Source of the DNA: a virus
Length of the DNA: 64,000 bases
Strand: one strand, 5' to 3'
Virus record (IMG/VR): IMGVR_UViG_3300001533_000699
The position numbers were made by a program, and so were the translations under genes. Below, one piece after another: positions 1-10,200 of this stretch (position 1 is its first letter; every line of letters begins with the position of its first letter). The notes beneath the pieces are model-generated. The model did not search any database. It was not told the DNA's origin and worked only from the letters and a program-made list of their open reading frames with translations.

Positions 1-683
1 ACAGCACCTAATAACGACGTCCCCGTACCATAGATAGACAAGTCAACATTGACAATTTTGAAATGTGTGAGATTGCCAGTCCGATTTGAGCGAATAGGAA
101 ACGCAATTGGCGAAGGGGTGCCAGTAATGCTGCCACCAATCCAAGTGAACTCACAACACAGGACAACGACCCCACTGTAACCATTAAGGTCCGTATTGGG
201 ATTGGTTAGGGCGACCTCCACATTACGAAAGATTACCCGTGTGTCATCTGAAGCAAATGTATAGCCTATTTTCACAGCGTAGACGTAGACCTCAAAAAGA
301 CATGACTCAAAGGTCAGGTCGTGCGTCTTGGAGTTATCTTCTGCGATCTTAAAAGTTGAATATTGCCCGTTTGAGGTGAACTGTACCCCGTAAATATACC
401 CAGTGCCCTGGATGTATAGAGTGGAACTGCTGTCGCTCTGGTGAATCGTTCCACCTGCGCTAATTTCATCCGTGGTCCAATCAATCGAGAGTATTTCCAG
501 CCCACCACTGAGGACGTATTCAGTCCTATCTGCTACATTCTCCGAATGGTCATCAGCCATGAAAACACGCCCGCCAGAACCCGCTGCTGTTATGGCGGCC
601 TGTAGGGTGGCTTTAGCCAGCGCTTTCGTGCTCCCGTCGTCACCATCGTCACCATCGACGTTGCGTAGATAGATATCAGCCAC
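1..683 (-). CDS. Virion beta-helix/tail-spike-like protein (runs off the window edge)
   Basis: Not in the ORF track. GTG at 683 with GGAGGT SD; open to position 1: MADIYLRNVDGDDGDDGSTKALAKATLQAAITAAGSGGRVF. The N-terminal Y..G.D..G...A.ATLQAA motif is typical of parallel beta-helix proteins. Confidence 0.6.
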   Translation of the reverse strand, partial: MADIYLRNVDGDDGDDGSTKALAKATLQAAITAAGSGGRVFMADDHSENVADRTEYVLSGGLEILSIDWTTDEISAGGTIHQSDSSSTLYIQGTGYIYGVQFTSNGQYSTFKIAEDNSKTHDLTFESCLFEVYVYAVKIGYTFASDDTRVIFRNVEVALTNPNTDLNGYSGVVVLCCEFTWIGGSITGTPSPIAFPIRSNRTGNLTHFKIVNVDLSIYGTGTSLLGA

Positions 684-1029
684 GGCTCACCTCCAATACG
701 TCGGCACGTTGTTTCTCCCGGCTGGCATCGTCCACGGAAACCATAAGCACGTCGGCCACGTCCTCAACCGGCAGCCGCTTGATGACCGCAAGACGCTTCT
801 GCTCCATCGCCGCTTGCTCTGCTTCGGCAGCTTCCTGGGCGGCTCGCTGTGCCTCCAGAACCGACACCCTGGTAAGCATTGCCTTCTTCGCGTAGGTCTT
901 GTCGGAACAACGATAGGTAATCTCAGTCACGTTGCCATCGTCCCATTCATGTCGTTCGCGCACATCCCGTCCACAGCCCTTTGCTTGAGCAAGGTCTTCA
1001 ACAATATATGATTTGATAATTTTAGCCAT
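676..1029 (-). CDS. Hypothetical protein
   Basis: 117-aa ORF overlapping the next start; GC-richer than the head genes. Confidence 0.6.
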   Translation of the reverse strand: MAKIIKSYIVEDLAQAKGCGRDVRERHEWDDGNVTEITYRCSDKTYAKKAMLTRVSVLEAQRAAQEAAEAEQAAMEQKRLAVIKRLPVEDVADVLMVSVDDASREKQRADVLEVSRG

Positions 1030-1032
1030 TTG

Positions 1033-1497
1033 TTACCTATAGGTTGCAGAGTTACCCATACCAATTCCATATGGTCCTACTATAGCACGACCAAGAGACC
1101 CATCACCAAACATATAGTTAATTCTAGCTTTCTCATACGCCGCACAAGCTGTATCTGCAACACCAGCTAAATGTTTAGCTACATCTTTATTGTCTATTGT
1201 TGAAGGACCATCTTTAATAGATATGGCTTGACGAGCAACGGTTAAATATTCGCCACGAGACAATGAACACGCTGTCTTCAAACTAACAAGCGCTTGAAAA
1301 TCTATACCAGGAGAAGGTGTGATTGTAAAAGTAAAAAGATTAACTGTATATGATACTGGAAATTCTATCTCATTTAATACCAACACGGCACTAACACACA
1401 ACAGCTCTTGTATTCTTTCATCTGAATAAGCTGGTGGAGAACCAAAATCATTAATTAGTCCACGCACTATTCGAACCATTTCCACATACCAAGACAT
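1033..1497 (-). CDS. Putative head-tail adaptor/head completion protein
   Basis: ATG 1497 (MSWYVEM) with GGAG SD; lies directly after the major capsid gene. Confidence 0.55.
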   Translation of the reverse strand: MSWYVEMVRIVRGLINDFGSPPAYSDERIQELLCVSAVLVLNEIEFPVSYTVNLFTFTITPSPGIDFQALVSLKTACSLSRGEYLTVARQAISIKDGPSTIDNKDVAKHLAGVADTACAAYEKARINYMFGDGSLGRAIVGPYGIGMGNSATYR

Positions 1498-1511
1498 CGG
1501 CGTACTCCCAT

Positions 1512-1555
1512 AAAAAAAGGGATAACGGCTGCGTTCATTCGCCGCCACTATCCCT
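1512..1555 (-). terminator. Intrinsic terminator after the major capsid gene
   Basis: AGGGATAGTGGCGGCG-loop-CGCAGCCGTTATCCCT followed by a T run on the minus strand. Confidence 0.8.
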
Positions 1556-1585
1556 ATATTTCAAAACGTGTTATTACCACTGTGA

Positions 1586-2584
1586 TTAGCAGGACAGTAA
1601 AATGACACGCCGGTTATCTAAACAGCCCAATCCATGTTCGCCCCAAGCATACACACCGGCCCGTCTTTGACGATGCAAGGTCGGGTCATCGAATACTTGA
1701 ATCTCTTCACGGACAGGATTAACGAATGAATCGTTAGTACGCAAGTCCAAACCAACCATCAACTCAACGTCACTGCCTTGTAGGCTTCCGCTAAGTTCGT
1801 TGGTGAAGAAGTTCTGATACTCTTGGCTCACACCAAGTTCATCAAGGTCATGCAGCATCACGCCAAAAATACGACTCAAAGTACCGTCCTCGGTTTGGAA
1901 AATTCGATTACGGGTTATTTCGTCAATTTGGTCAACACCCCAATCACGAATATCTTCCATGCCTTCTGGGCTCAGATACAAGTCTGTTAGCTTACCACGG
2001 TTGATGCTAGTAGAGTTACCTCCACCATTACGTCGCATGACGGTCTTACCAAGACTTACAACACGCTTGGTGAACTGACCAACGCTAGCAGCACTATCAT
2101 ACACCACAATATTGCGGTCAACACCAGCAGCAAGAATAACGTGCCAAGCATCATCGTTTGTCTTTTTGATGAAAGATGCTTCAAGAACTTGCATCGCACG
2201 AGATACGATATCCCAGCGAGCGTCTCTAGCATACTTCAAAAGCCAATCGATAGAGCAACCAATGTCATAAGTAGGAACCATGACATAATCGCCTTCTACG
2301 TTACGTTCAGGAATACGCCCTTGGTTAGGAATAGTATACGCAACATAATCTTTCTCGGTGCCCGGCTGAACAAAGTCTAGAGGAAATTCAGGAGCGGCCC
2401 CAGGTTGTAGAGTAATACGCTCAAAAATACCTCCAGTAATGTCGCCAGACAGAACACCCTTACGTAGGGGTGACTCTAGAGCTACTGTTAATTGTCGTGT
2501 AGCCGCCACGGACTTTCTTTCGTCACGCGCACCACTATCACGCAGCAATTGATTCATAGCAGCAGTTGGTTGAATAACTTTCAT
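1586..2584 (-). CDS. Major capsid protein (HK97-type)
   Basis: 332 aa, GGAG SD, position after protease/scaffold and decoration genes, followed by a terminator; C-terminal GVYAWGEHGLGCLD resembles HK97-fold capsid ends. Confidence 0.8.
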   Translation of the reverse strand: MKVIQPTAAMNQLLRDSGARDERKSVAATRQLTVALESPLRKGVLSGDITGGIFERITLQPGAAPEFPLDFVQPGTEKDYVAYTIPNQGRIPERNVEGDYVMVPTYDIGCSIDWLLKYARDARWDIVSRAMQVLEASFIKKTNDDAWHVILAAGVDRNIVVYDSAASVGQFTKRVVSLGKTVMRRNGGGNSTSINRGKLTDLYLSPEGMEDIRDWGVDQIDEITRNRIFQTEDGTLSRIFGVMLHDLDELGVSQEYQNFFTNELSGSLQGSDVELMVGLDLRTNDSFVNPVREEIQVFDDPTLHRQRRAGVYAWGEHGLGCLDNRRVILLSC

Positions 2585-2612
2585 TGTTTATATTCTCCTA
2601 AAATTACTGCAA

Positions 2613-3077
2613 TTATCGAGGCAGCTTGACATATACTTTGACATAGCCATCTTCGTCACGGGATGACTCAAACCGTCCAACTTCTGGGTTGTCACAACCA
2701 GCAGCAGTAGTTAACAAACCACTTAAACCTAGATATGCCTTTTCGCCACCAGATGGAACAATTCCAGTACCTTCTAGTCTGTCAGTTACCACCCAACCAT
2801 CGCGAAGCAAAGAAACCTTACTTCCTTTTTGCTGCTCAGTCTTTTGAAAATTCAAATGTGTACGAGTTAGGTCTTTGTTGACCATATCGTTCAAAAGCAA
2901 ACCTACCGGATATTCACCGGATGGATTTGCGGCGTATTCAACTTCCGCGTCTTGCTGGTCTAATGCTACACCAGACCCGGCAGTCTTCAACACGGCCACA
3001 CCACCACACTCGGCTACTTGGTCCATGTAAAAACCAATCTCGGTGATTGCCAGATATCTATCGCCTTTTAGAGCCAT
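2613..3077 (-). CDS. Capsid decoration/cement protein
   Basis: ATG 3077 (MALKGDR) with GGAGG SD; Gly-rich beta protein (PVGLLLND, G..VYL..SG) between scaffold and capsid genes. Confidence 0.6.
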   Translation of the reverse strand: MALKGDRYLAITEIGFYMDQVAECGGVAVLKTAGSGVALDQQDAEVEYAANPSGEYPVGLLLNDMVNKDLTRTHLNFQKTEQQKGSKVSLLRDGWVVTDRLEGTGIVPSGGEKAYLGLSGLLTTAAGCDNPEVGRFESSRDEDGYVKVYVKLPR

Positions 3078-3113
3078 ATCATCAGCCTCCAAAAATGTGT
3101 TATAAAAAATAAA

Positions 3114-4610
3114 TTACTCACCGTGCATGGTGGTATCCAAAAACGACGCCAAGGACTTCATCAAGTCATCAGTTTCGTCTGTATCGCTAGATGAAAGATT
3201 AGAGTCAGAATCAGCTTTGGCGTTATCTAAGTCAGCGTTGTTTGCGTTAGCTTCTTCTTTTGCCTTAGCCTTCTTTGCTTTTTCTTCTTCGGTTTCTTCC
3301 TCTTCTTTTGTCATCTTCTTAGCTTGAGTATGAATGTCAACAAGTCGTGCAAACTTCTCGTCGTTAAGTTCATCGAACTCCGCAACAATTTGTTCTGCTT
3401 CAGTCTTGTCTACATTCTTATCAACTAGAATAGACACTCTTGCTACAGAGCGTGACTTCTTGGCAATTTCTGCCAACTTCTCATTTGCTTCTGTCAGCTT
3501 TGTTTCAAATTCAGTGCGTTCTGCTTGAACAGCATCTCGTGCTTGCTCAAGGTCTTGCTTAGCAGCTTCAAGGGCAGCAATCTTATCTTGTGTGTCTTTC
3601 AATTCGTCAGACAACTTAGCGATTTGAGTGTCTTTCTCAGCTAGGGCACTCTTAACTTTTACATCACCTAATTCAGCAATACGTTGGTTTGCTTCTGTTA
3701 GTTGAGCCTGCAAAGCCTTTGTTTGTTCCTCTAATTGGCTTACATACTTTTCATCGGCCATATCTACTTCTCCCATTTCATGAGATTCTGTTATTAATTT
3801 GTGTTCGGCCCAATTATCAGCCACAACACCCACAAACTTCTTTGTATCGTTTATAATGATACTATCTGGATTGGCAGGATTTTCAACCAAGCCCTTGCCA
3901 CTAAACGTGATGTTACGTAATACTCGACCAAGTTTCCCACCATTATATTCACCGCACCCTTTATAAATACGCAAATGTTTGGTGAGGAATGCAGTACTTT
4001 CATTACGAGCTATTACTTGTTGATTACCGTCACTATATGATATACCATAATCAAAGTTATTGAATAAGCATTCCATTGATACAAACCATTCACCATTTTC
4101 AATGCCTTGAATCAATTCAGCAGCTTCTGCTTCAAGCGTCTTATCGCGACTACTGATATGCCTATAAATAACAGCGCTGGTAAGAATATGGAATTTCTCT
4201 GGGACATCTTCAAAAGCCAAGCTATCATCTACTATAGATAAATTTTCATCTACTATAGTATTAGCAGTAATGTGGCCTATGATATTACGAGGTTGATGTC
4301 CAAGATTAAATGGCTTGTCCTCTGGAGTACTACGAGCAGTCCATGTCTCTGCTCTATCAAAAATATCATCATTTCTGTTCCACCCAGTAGACACTAAGAT
4401 TGTATACACTGGATACAAATCAAAGGTAATGTCATTACCCAACGCCTGCTGCGTATCAGCAATAAATTTTGCAGTTACCAACTGATTAGATAATTCTTGT
4501 GGAATATGCAAAATAGAACTAACATATGCAATAGAGTTCTTGTTCTGAATTGTAGCCGCTAGACCAGATTTAATTTCATCGGCGTATACGGGCATGATAT
4601 ACTTTGTCAT
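3114..4610 (-). CDS. Prohead protease fused to coiled-coil scaffold
   Basis: N-domain has N.NDD.F, H...IIGH, VSMEC and G.GLVENPANP.S motifs of phage prohead proteases; the C-terminal ~215 aa is an acidic coiled coil. Confidence 0.75.
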   Translation of the reverse strand: MTKYIMPVYADEIKSGLAATIQNKNSIAYVSSILHIPQELSNQLVTAKFIADTQQALGNDITFDLYPVYTILVSTGWNRNDDIFDRAETWTARSTPEDKPFNLGHQPRNIIGHITANTIVDENLSIVDDSLAFEDVPEKFHILTSAVIYRHISSRDKTLEAEAAELIQGIENGEWFVSMECLFNNFDYGISYSDGNQQVIARNESTAFLTKHLRIYKGCGEYNGGKLGRVLRNITFSGKGLVENPANPDSIIINDTKKFVGVVADNWAEHKLITESHEMGEVDMADEKYVSQLEEQTKALQAQLTEANQRIAELGDVKVKSALAEKDTQIAKLSDELKDTQDKIAALEAAKQDLEQARDAVQAERTEFETKLTEANEKLAEIAKKSRSVARVSILVDKNVDKTEAEQIVAEFDELNDEKFARLVDIHTQAKKMTKEEEETEEEKAKKAKAKEEANANNADLDNAKADSDSNLSSSDTDETDDLMKSLASFLDTTMHGE

Positions 4611-4650
4611 ACATAAACCTCTCTTATAAGAGTAGATACACCATTCAATC

Positions 4651-4992
4651 TCAGAAACAACGTTTTTGCGATATGAAGGCATCTATTTCAGCAATCGCCT
4701 GCTTTCGGTCATCTACCCCTACAAAACCAGGAATACCTGTATACACTTCTTGACCAGAGTCTATGGCTGCTTTAGCACTCTCAGAACCCTGAGTATAATA
4801 TGTAATGTTCTTTACTACGTCTCCAGAGACTTCTCGCACTGAAATTCTAGCTTCTACATATTCGATAACACCATCCTTATTACGATATGTATACACACCA
4901 ATATCATCAGCATTGTTAATCACTTCATTATTCAATGATACTGACAGTGATTTATCTTCAGTATTCAATTCTATCTTTAGTTTAGACATCAT
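4651..4992 (-). CDS. Hypothetical protein
   Basis: 113 aa with GGAG SD, between portal and protease. Confidence 0.65.
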   Translation of the reverse strand: MMSKLKIELNTEDKSLSVSLNNEVINNADDIGVYTYRNKDGVIEYVEARISVREVSGDVVKNITYYTQGSESAKAAIDSGQEVYTGIPGFVGVDDRKQAIAEIDAFISQKRCF

Positions 4993-4998
4993 ATACTC

Positions 4999-7194
4999 CT
5001 AACTGTTGTTATAAATTTGTTCTTCGTCACTATTTAATACAGCATATGCAGTAATTTGCATCATGCGTGTCTCATCAATAGAAGGCTCGCATTGTTTATG
5101 AGCTATTACTTTATTGTATAGCTCATTATATAAGCGTTTGTATTGTGGTGGTGCTGGCTTTCCAGAAGCTAGGCTTTGTTTCACCACACCTACATCCACA
5201 TTGCTATACACCGGCAAACTACAGAGTACTGCAAACTTAATGTTTTCTGCGCAACGTACTTGTGTATCGGATAATGCTCTCATGGACTTTTTATTATAAT
5301 GCTTAAGAATTATAGGAGACACAATATCTGTGATTTGCTGTTGCGCATGTCTCGCCCACATCATAGAAGTCATGTATGCAGCAGCAACAGATGGTTTCGG
5401 TGTACGCTTATCTCTAGGCTCTTTATCTTTGGCATTTTTCGGTCGTCCTTGACTTGGAATACCGCTTTTCTTTTCTTGTGTAATTGGTCCATCTTTACTC
5501 TTCATCTGTTTATCAAATGGTGTCTCTACATCAAGAAATTCTGGTGGAAATTCATCCTGCATGCCAAGTTGCTCTGGTGAAATATATCCACACTGCAATG
5601 CCAGCTTCATAAATTCATACATCTTCTCTGGTGTGTGCCATGGTGATGACTTAGGCTTCATTTTGCCTTTCTTTCTTGCTTCTTCTTCTTTATTTAGTTT
5701 AAGCTGTTCAAACTCAGGCTCTTCACCAAAACGCTCTGTCAAAGTCTCAACCGATATTACATCTCTGTCAATAAGTTGAATTAATAACGCTTTTTCAGCA
5801 GCCTCATCAGAAAGCACCATATTATCAAACGTTAATTTAGCAGCCTTAGAAAACCCCATAGCCTGACGTACTAATTCAAGTTCTTGTTCCCAGAAGGAAC
5901 GTAGGGCGGCTCGCCCATATTCCAAACGTTGAATCAACGTCTTCAGAGATATATAGTTGTTGGTAAAGCCAGACGATGTTGCAGCGCCCGTCAAAGTAGG
6001 AGGAACACCAAGCCCAGCATAGATACTGTTCCACACTGGTTTATACTTCTCTTCGCCCAAAAACTGGTGCACATTGGTTTTGTATTCTTCAACGCTAAGC
6101 TCAGGACCCCATATAATATCAAATGCACCACCACCTGGGTTGGACATAATAATTTCAGACAAACGATTGATAGCATCGTCAGTGGGAAAAATAGACATAT
6201 CTGGATGCGCATCATTCATATGGCCTAATTTCCAAAGACGAATCTGAGAAATAGCTCCATCCAAAGCTGCCAAATCTGCAAGCTTCATTTTTTCTAGCAG
6301 GATGATGTCATCCATAATAGCAAATGTAAATGGATGAGCCCAGGTTTGCCAATCGTCTTTTTTATAGAAGAAAGCACGTACTTTGTCAGCGTCTAATGGT
6401 ATTACTGTATCGCCACGTTTTATAGCTGCACTAATTTCTTGCGGCAACAATTCCACTAATCTTTTCTCAGCATCGTTTTTTGGATTTTGCACAGACTGAC
6501 GTAAACGATAACTAACTTTTAACGCAAATTCTTGTCTACCAACAAACTGTGATAACTCTTCACCCAATACTTCTAGCGTCAAAGGGTTCAAGAAATTATA
6601 CCTAAAAGGAATGTTGCGCTTACGAGTAGACACTAACTTCTCTGCTTCAATGTCTGGTTGCAATTTATCGCCCATAGAACGCATCTGTTTTTCGCTCGCC
6701 ATAGGCAAGCGTGCCATCGTACGCTTAGTGACGGCTACTCCTTCACGATAGAAAAGATTTAAGAATCTCTCACTAATACGAGCACCATCTACTTTTTTCC
6801 ACCATCCACGATAAAACTTCTGAATAGTTGGGTTTGGGTGAATAAGTCGTGCTCCCTGACAACCAAAATCTGCCATCAAATCTATAACATTGTGAATTAT
6901 ACCTACACGATGATAGGCGTTACGACAAAGTGAAATGATTTCTTGTGGTTTTTGTGGTATGGCTTCATTAGGACGAAAGAACTCATAATCAGTACGAGTA
7001 AATTGATTACGTACAGATGTGTTTCTATCATGGTCTTTATATGTATCACGACCTCCACCTATAGAAGAATGATAACCTTCATAAGAGCGCAACCCAGTGT
7101 TATAGGCTGCTTTATCATTGCCTAAAGTAACAAATGCGGCACTAGAATGATTAGCAGGAGAGGTTGCCGGTATGGATTTAGGTGGCTTGGCCAT
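4999..7194 (-). CDS. Portal protein
   Basis: 731 aa directly after the terminase; contains IHNVIDLMADF and IYAGLGVPPTL portal-like segments and a QGRP C-terminal tail. Confidence 0.75.
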   Translation of the reverse strand: MAKPPKSIPATSPANHSSAAFVTLGNDKAAYNTGLRSYEGYHSSIGGGRDTYKDHDRNTSVRNQFTRTDYEFFRPNEAIPQKPQEIISLCRNAYHRVGIIHNVIDLMADFGCQGARLIHPNPTIQKFYRGWWKKVDGARISERFLNLFYREGVAVTKRTMARLPMASEKQMRSMGDKLQPDIEAEKLVSTRKRNIPFRYNFLNPLTLEVLGEELSQFVGRQEFALKVSYRLRQSVQNPKNDAEKRLVELLPQEISAAIKRGDTVIPLDADKVRAFFYKKDDWQTWAHPFTFAIMDDIILLEKMKLADLAALDGAISQIRLWKLGHMNDAHPDMSIFPTDDAINRLSEIIMSNPGGGAFDIIWGPELSVEEYKTNVHQFLGEEKYKPVWNSIYAGLGVPPTLTGAATSSGFTNNYISLKTLIQRLEYGRAALRSFWEQELELVRQAMGFSKAAKLTFDNMVLSDEAAEKALLIQLIDRDVISVETLTERFGEEPEFEQLKLNKEEEARKKGKMKPKSSPWHTPEKMYEFMKLALQCGYISPEQLGMQDEFPPEFLDVETPFDKQMKSKDGPITQEKKSGIPSQGRPKNAKDKEPRDKRTPKPSVAAAYMTSMMWARHAQQQITDIVSPIILKHYNKKSMRALSDTQVRCAENIKFAVLCSLPVYSNVDVGVVKQSLASGKPAPPQYKRLYNELYNKVIAHKQCEPSIDETRMMQITAYAVLNSDEEQIYNNS

Positions 7195-7251
7195 GTAAAA
7201 CTCCTATGTGAACTCAATTCGTATGTATTCTCATTGGTATCTACACCAAAA

Positions 7252-10200
7252 TTAACGCCTAACAACACCTTTGCCGTAATGCCCACAGTTCATTTTAGAT
7301 ACAATATGTTCTGGTCCAATATAATGGCGACCAACATGCTGTGTTTTACGTCGTTGTCCAGCAAAGCCACCAACAAATTCATGTTGTACTCCTGTCAATG
7401 AATTTTCCATAACATGCGCAACTATATTAGCAATCAATAAAGCTGAGTAACGGTCTTTACGCAATCTGCCTTTTTTATTTCCTGGTAACTTCACCTCTGG
7501 CGTGTCCCATCTATCTCTACCAGCAGCGGTTTGGTCATGAACAATAGTGGCTAACTCATCTTTTAGTTCCTCTATATCCATCACACAGTCTTCAAGTGTA
7601 TCATAATCTCGTCCATGTATTTTATCTAAGGATATAGCTTCACTAATTGTTGCCGGGTCAAACATTGGGAATAAAGTACTTCTACTTTCAAAGTCTTTTC
7701 TCATAAAGTGGTTGGCGTCCCTAGTAAAGTCAGCGTTCGCAAACTGCACCATATGTAAAATGTGTAGTCCAATTTCACCATCAGTTGGCTTATTGGCCTG
7801 TTCCCACCAAAACACATCATTCTCGCCCCTACGAATATATGGCCACAACGCCTTTTCTCCACGACTAGCATCAAACTCATCTGGGTCATGCAAAGCTTCC
7901 ATAATAGCAATACCGCCACCTTGCGTATCTATAGCAATATGCTCTGTTGGAAACACCTTCATAAGGTCACGAATTTTCCTAGCACAATAGGTATAGAAAG
8001 ACTTCTGAGTAGTCTTACCTCCCTGCTTAATTCGTTCACGCAACTTCTGTCTATTGATAGACCAAGCATATACGATGCGACGGTGGTCTGGATGAATCTC
8101 TAAAACAATAATAGCAAAGTTATCTTTTTCAGACGCAGGGTCAATACCATAAACATATCTACAATTAGGATTGCCGCGAATCGTAGCTGAAAATTGCACC
8201 GGTCCACTAGGCAACTCAATTGGTGATTTACACACACAGTTCTCTATAAGACTACGCTTGAAGAACCCATCACTGTCTTTAGCAAATGCAGCACCGTATT
8301 CCATAAGATAAGTCGAGCGGTGAACCGTAGCCTTGGCTTGGTGAATTTGAGTTTCATCCATAAAACCATATGGTAGTTTTTGCCACGGCACACGGAAGAT
8401 ACTAAACTGTTTCCAATCGAAACCCTCGGGTACTTCTCCTTTGAAAATTGCTTCAAGCAAATGATTATCGCCTTTTGACTCTATGATTTGTTTATATCGC
8501 TTCCAATAATCATAGAAGTGATTAAATGAATAGTATGCTGTACCACTAATCACGGTTTGGTTACCAAAGCCAACATCTATATCATCAGCTTCGGTATACA
8601 TTCCTAACGACTTCAATACTTTGATTCGTGCCATATCTTTCGTTCGTTGAGCTGGGCTTGCAGAAACGCTAGAAAAACCCTTGATAACGACTTCGAAGAT
8701 TTCTAGAGGAATGGAATTATGTTGACGATGGCCCTCAGCATAAAAACTATGTGTTATTGGCAAATGATAGTCGTAAAGACGTTTTTTATATGGCAGCAGC
8801 GTAACAGATATTACCTTACGATATTGCGTTCTATTGCGAACGGAGTCCACAAAATCTATCGCTTGTCGCTCTGACTTAAACCTCTTCTGTATGGTTTGGC
8901 CACAATAAACAATGGATACTTTCCATTTTTTACGACTGTTGTCCCAGCAATAGTTTTTTGGCTCGTCTGCTACATAACACTGCTTAATAGTATCAGCAAA
9001 TCTGTTAATCATTAGATATACTGCTGCTGTCCTAGCTTGTTCGCCATTCCAACGAACAAACCACTGCAAATTATCGCTTATTTCAGATGTACGATGATTG
9101 ATATAGCCATCAAAACCAAGTTTATACATCAAGAATTGTACATCTCGACATAGCCTTTCGGATACTGAATAATATGCCAAGCCTATGCGATTGATAATAT
9201 CCCTATCTTGCCACAAAAAACACGAACCGTCAACATCAAACAGACCACTCAAAAAATGTTGAATTACGGATTCTGGTGAACGCAAAATGGCGTGTGGAAT
9301 TTTCTTATCGTGTGCCGTAACATAATCCAAGCCCCATATCTTCATCTGATTCCTTAATGTTTCATCGTCTTTCCATAGCTTATATGCTTTTTTGCAATTC
9401 CAATCTCGCTTATCTACATATTCTGCAACAACCTTAAATTTGAAATTATATTCGTTAACAAGTCGCATACACGTGTCAATATCGGTTGTTGTTACCGATA
9501 TTCGCTTAGTATCAGTAACACAATCTTCACTAATCAAAGTTCCTAATAGCCACGCCTCTTTTTCTTTTAATCCATCGACATAACGAGTTCCAAAACGTGC
9601 GTGTCCACTTGGTGCCTGCTCTACATAATCGTCTTCAGAAAGTTCAAGAGGTTTTTTCCATCCATTATTGGTCATAATCTGATGATTCTCAGAACAACGA
9701 ATTACATAACCATTGGATAGCTTGACTTCATACACATCAGTATAAGGAGTTTTGATGAACTTGTCTGGCGCTTCTTGAGACAGTTTATCATCACCTGTCA
9801 AAACATAATCTACGTGGTCAAAGTCAGATATACGAACAAAACCATCGCTTGTTTCTACTATACTATCTCCTTCTAAACACGCAAACTCATCGGCAATCGT
9901 GTAGTGCGCACGTAATCCACGTATCTTACTGCCATCTCCCATCGGGATAGCGCACACTTCACTATCGCCCACATAGAACATGCATCTATCAATGTCTCTC
10001 TTTGGGCCTTGATGCTTACCATCACCGACCATATTACGAAGTATGGGTGCGCCACGCCATAGTTGCTCCATGTATTCAAACATAAGCTTAGCTTGACGGA
10101 ACGCGGCTCCGACGACAACTATCTTAGACCCTTGATTAAAGATTGCTCGAAGCATAGCGTAGAGAGAAAGAATCCAGGTATTGTGGGAAACAAAGCCATT

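Noticed and set aside
1586-2584. Encapsulin/linocin
   Set aside because: The portal-protease-decoration context indicates a phage major capsid protein.
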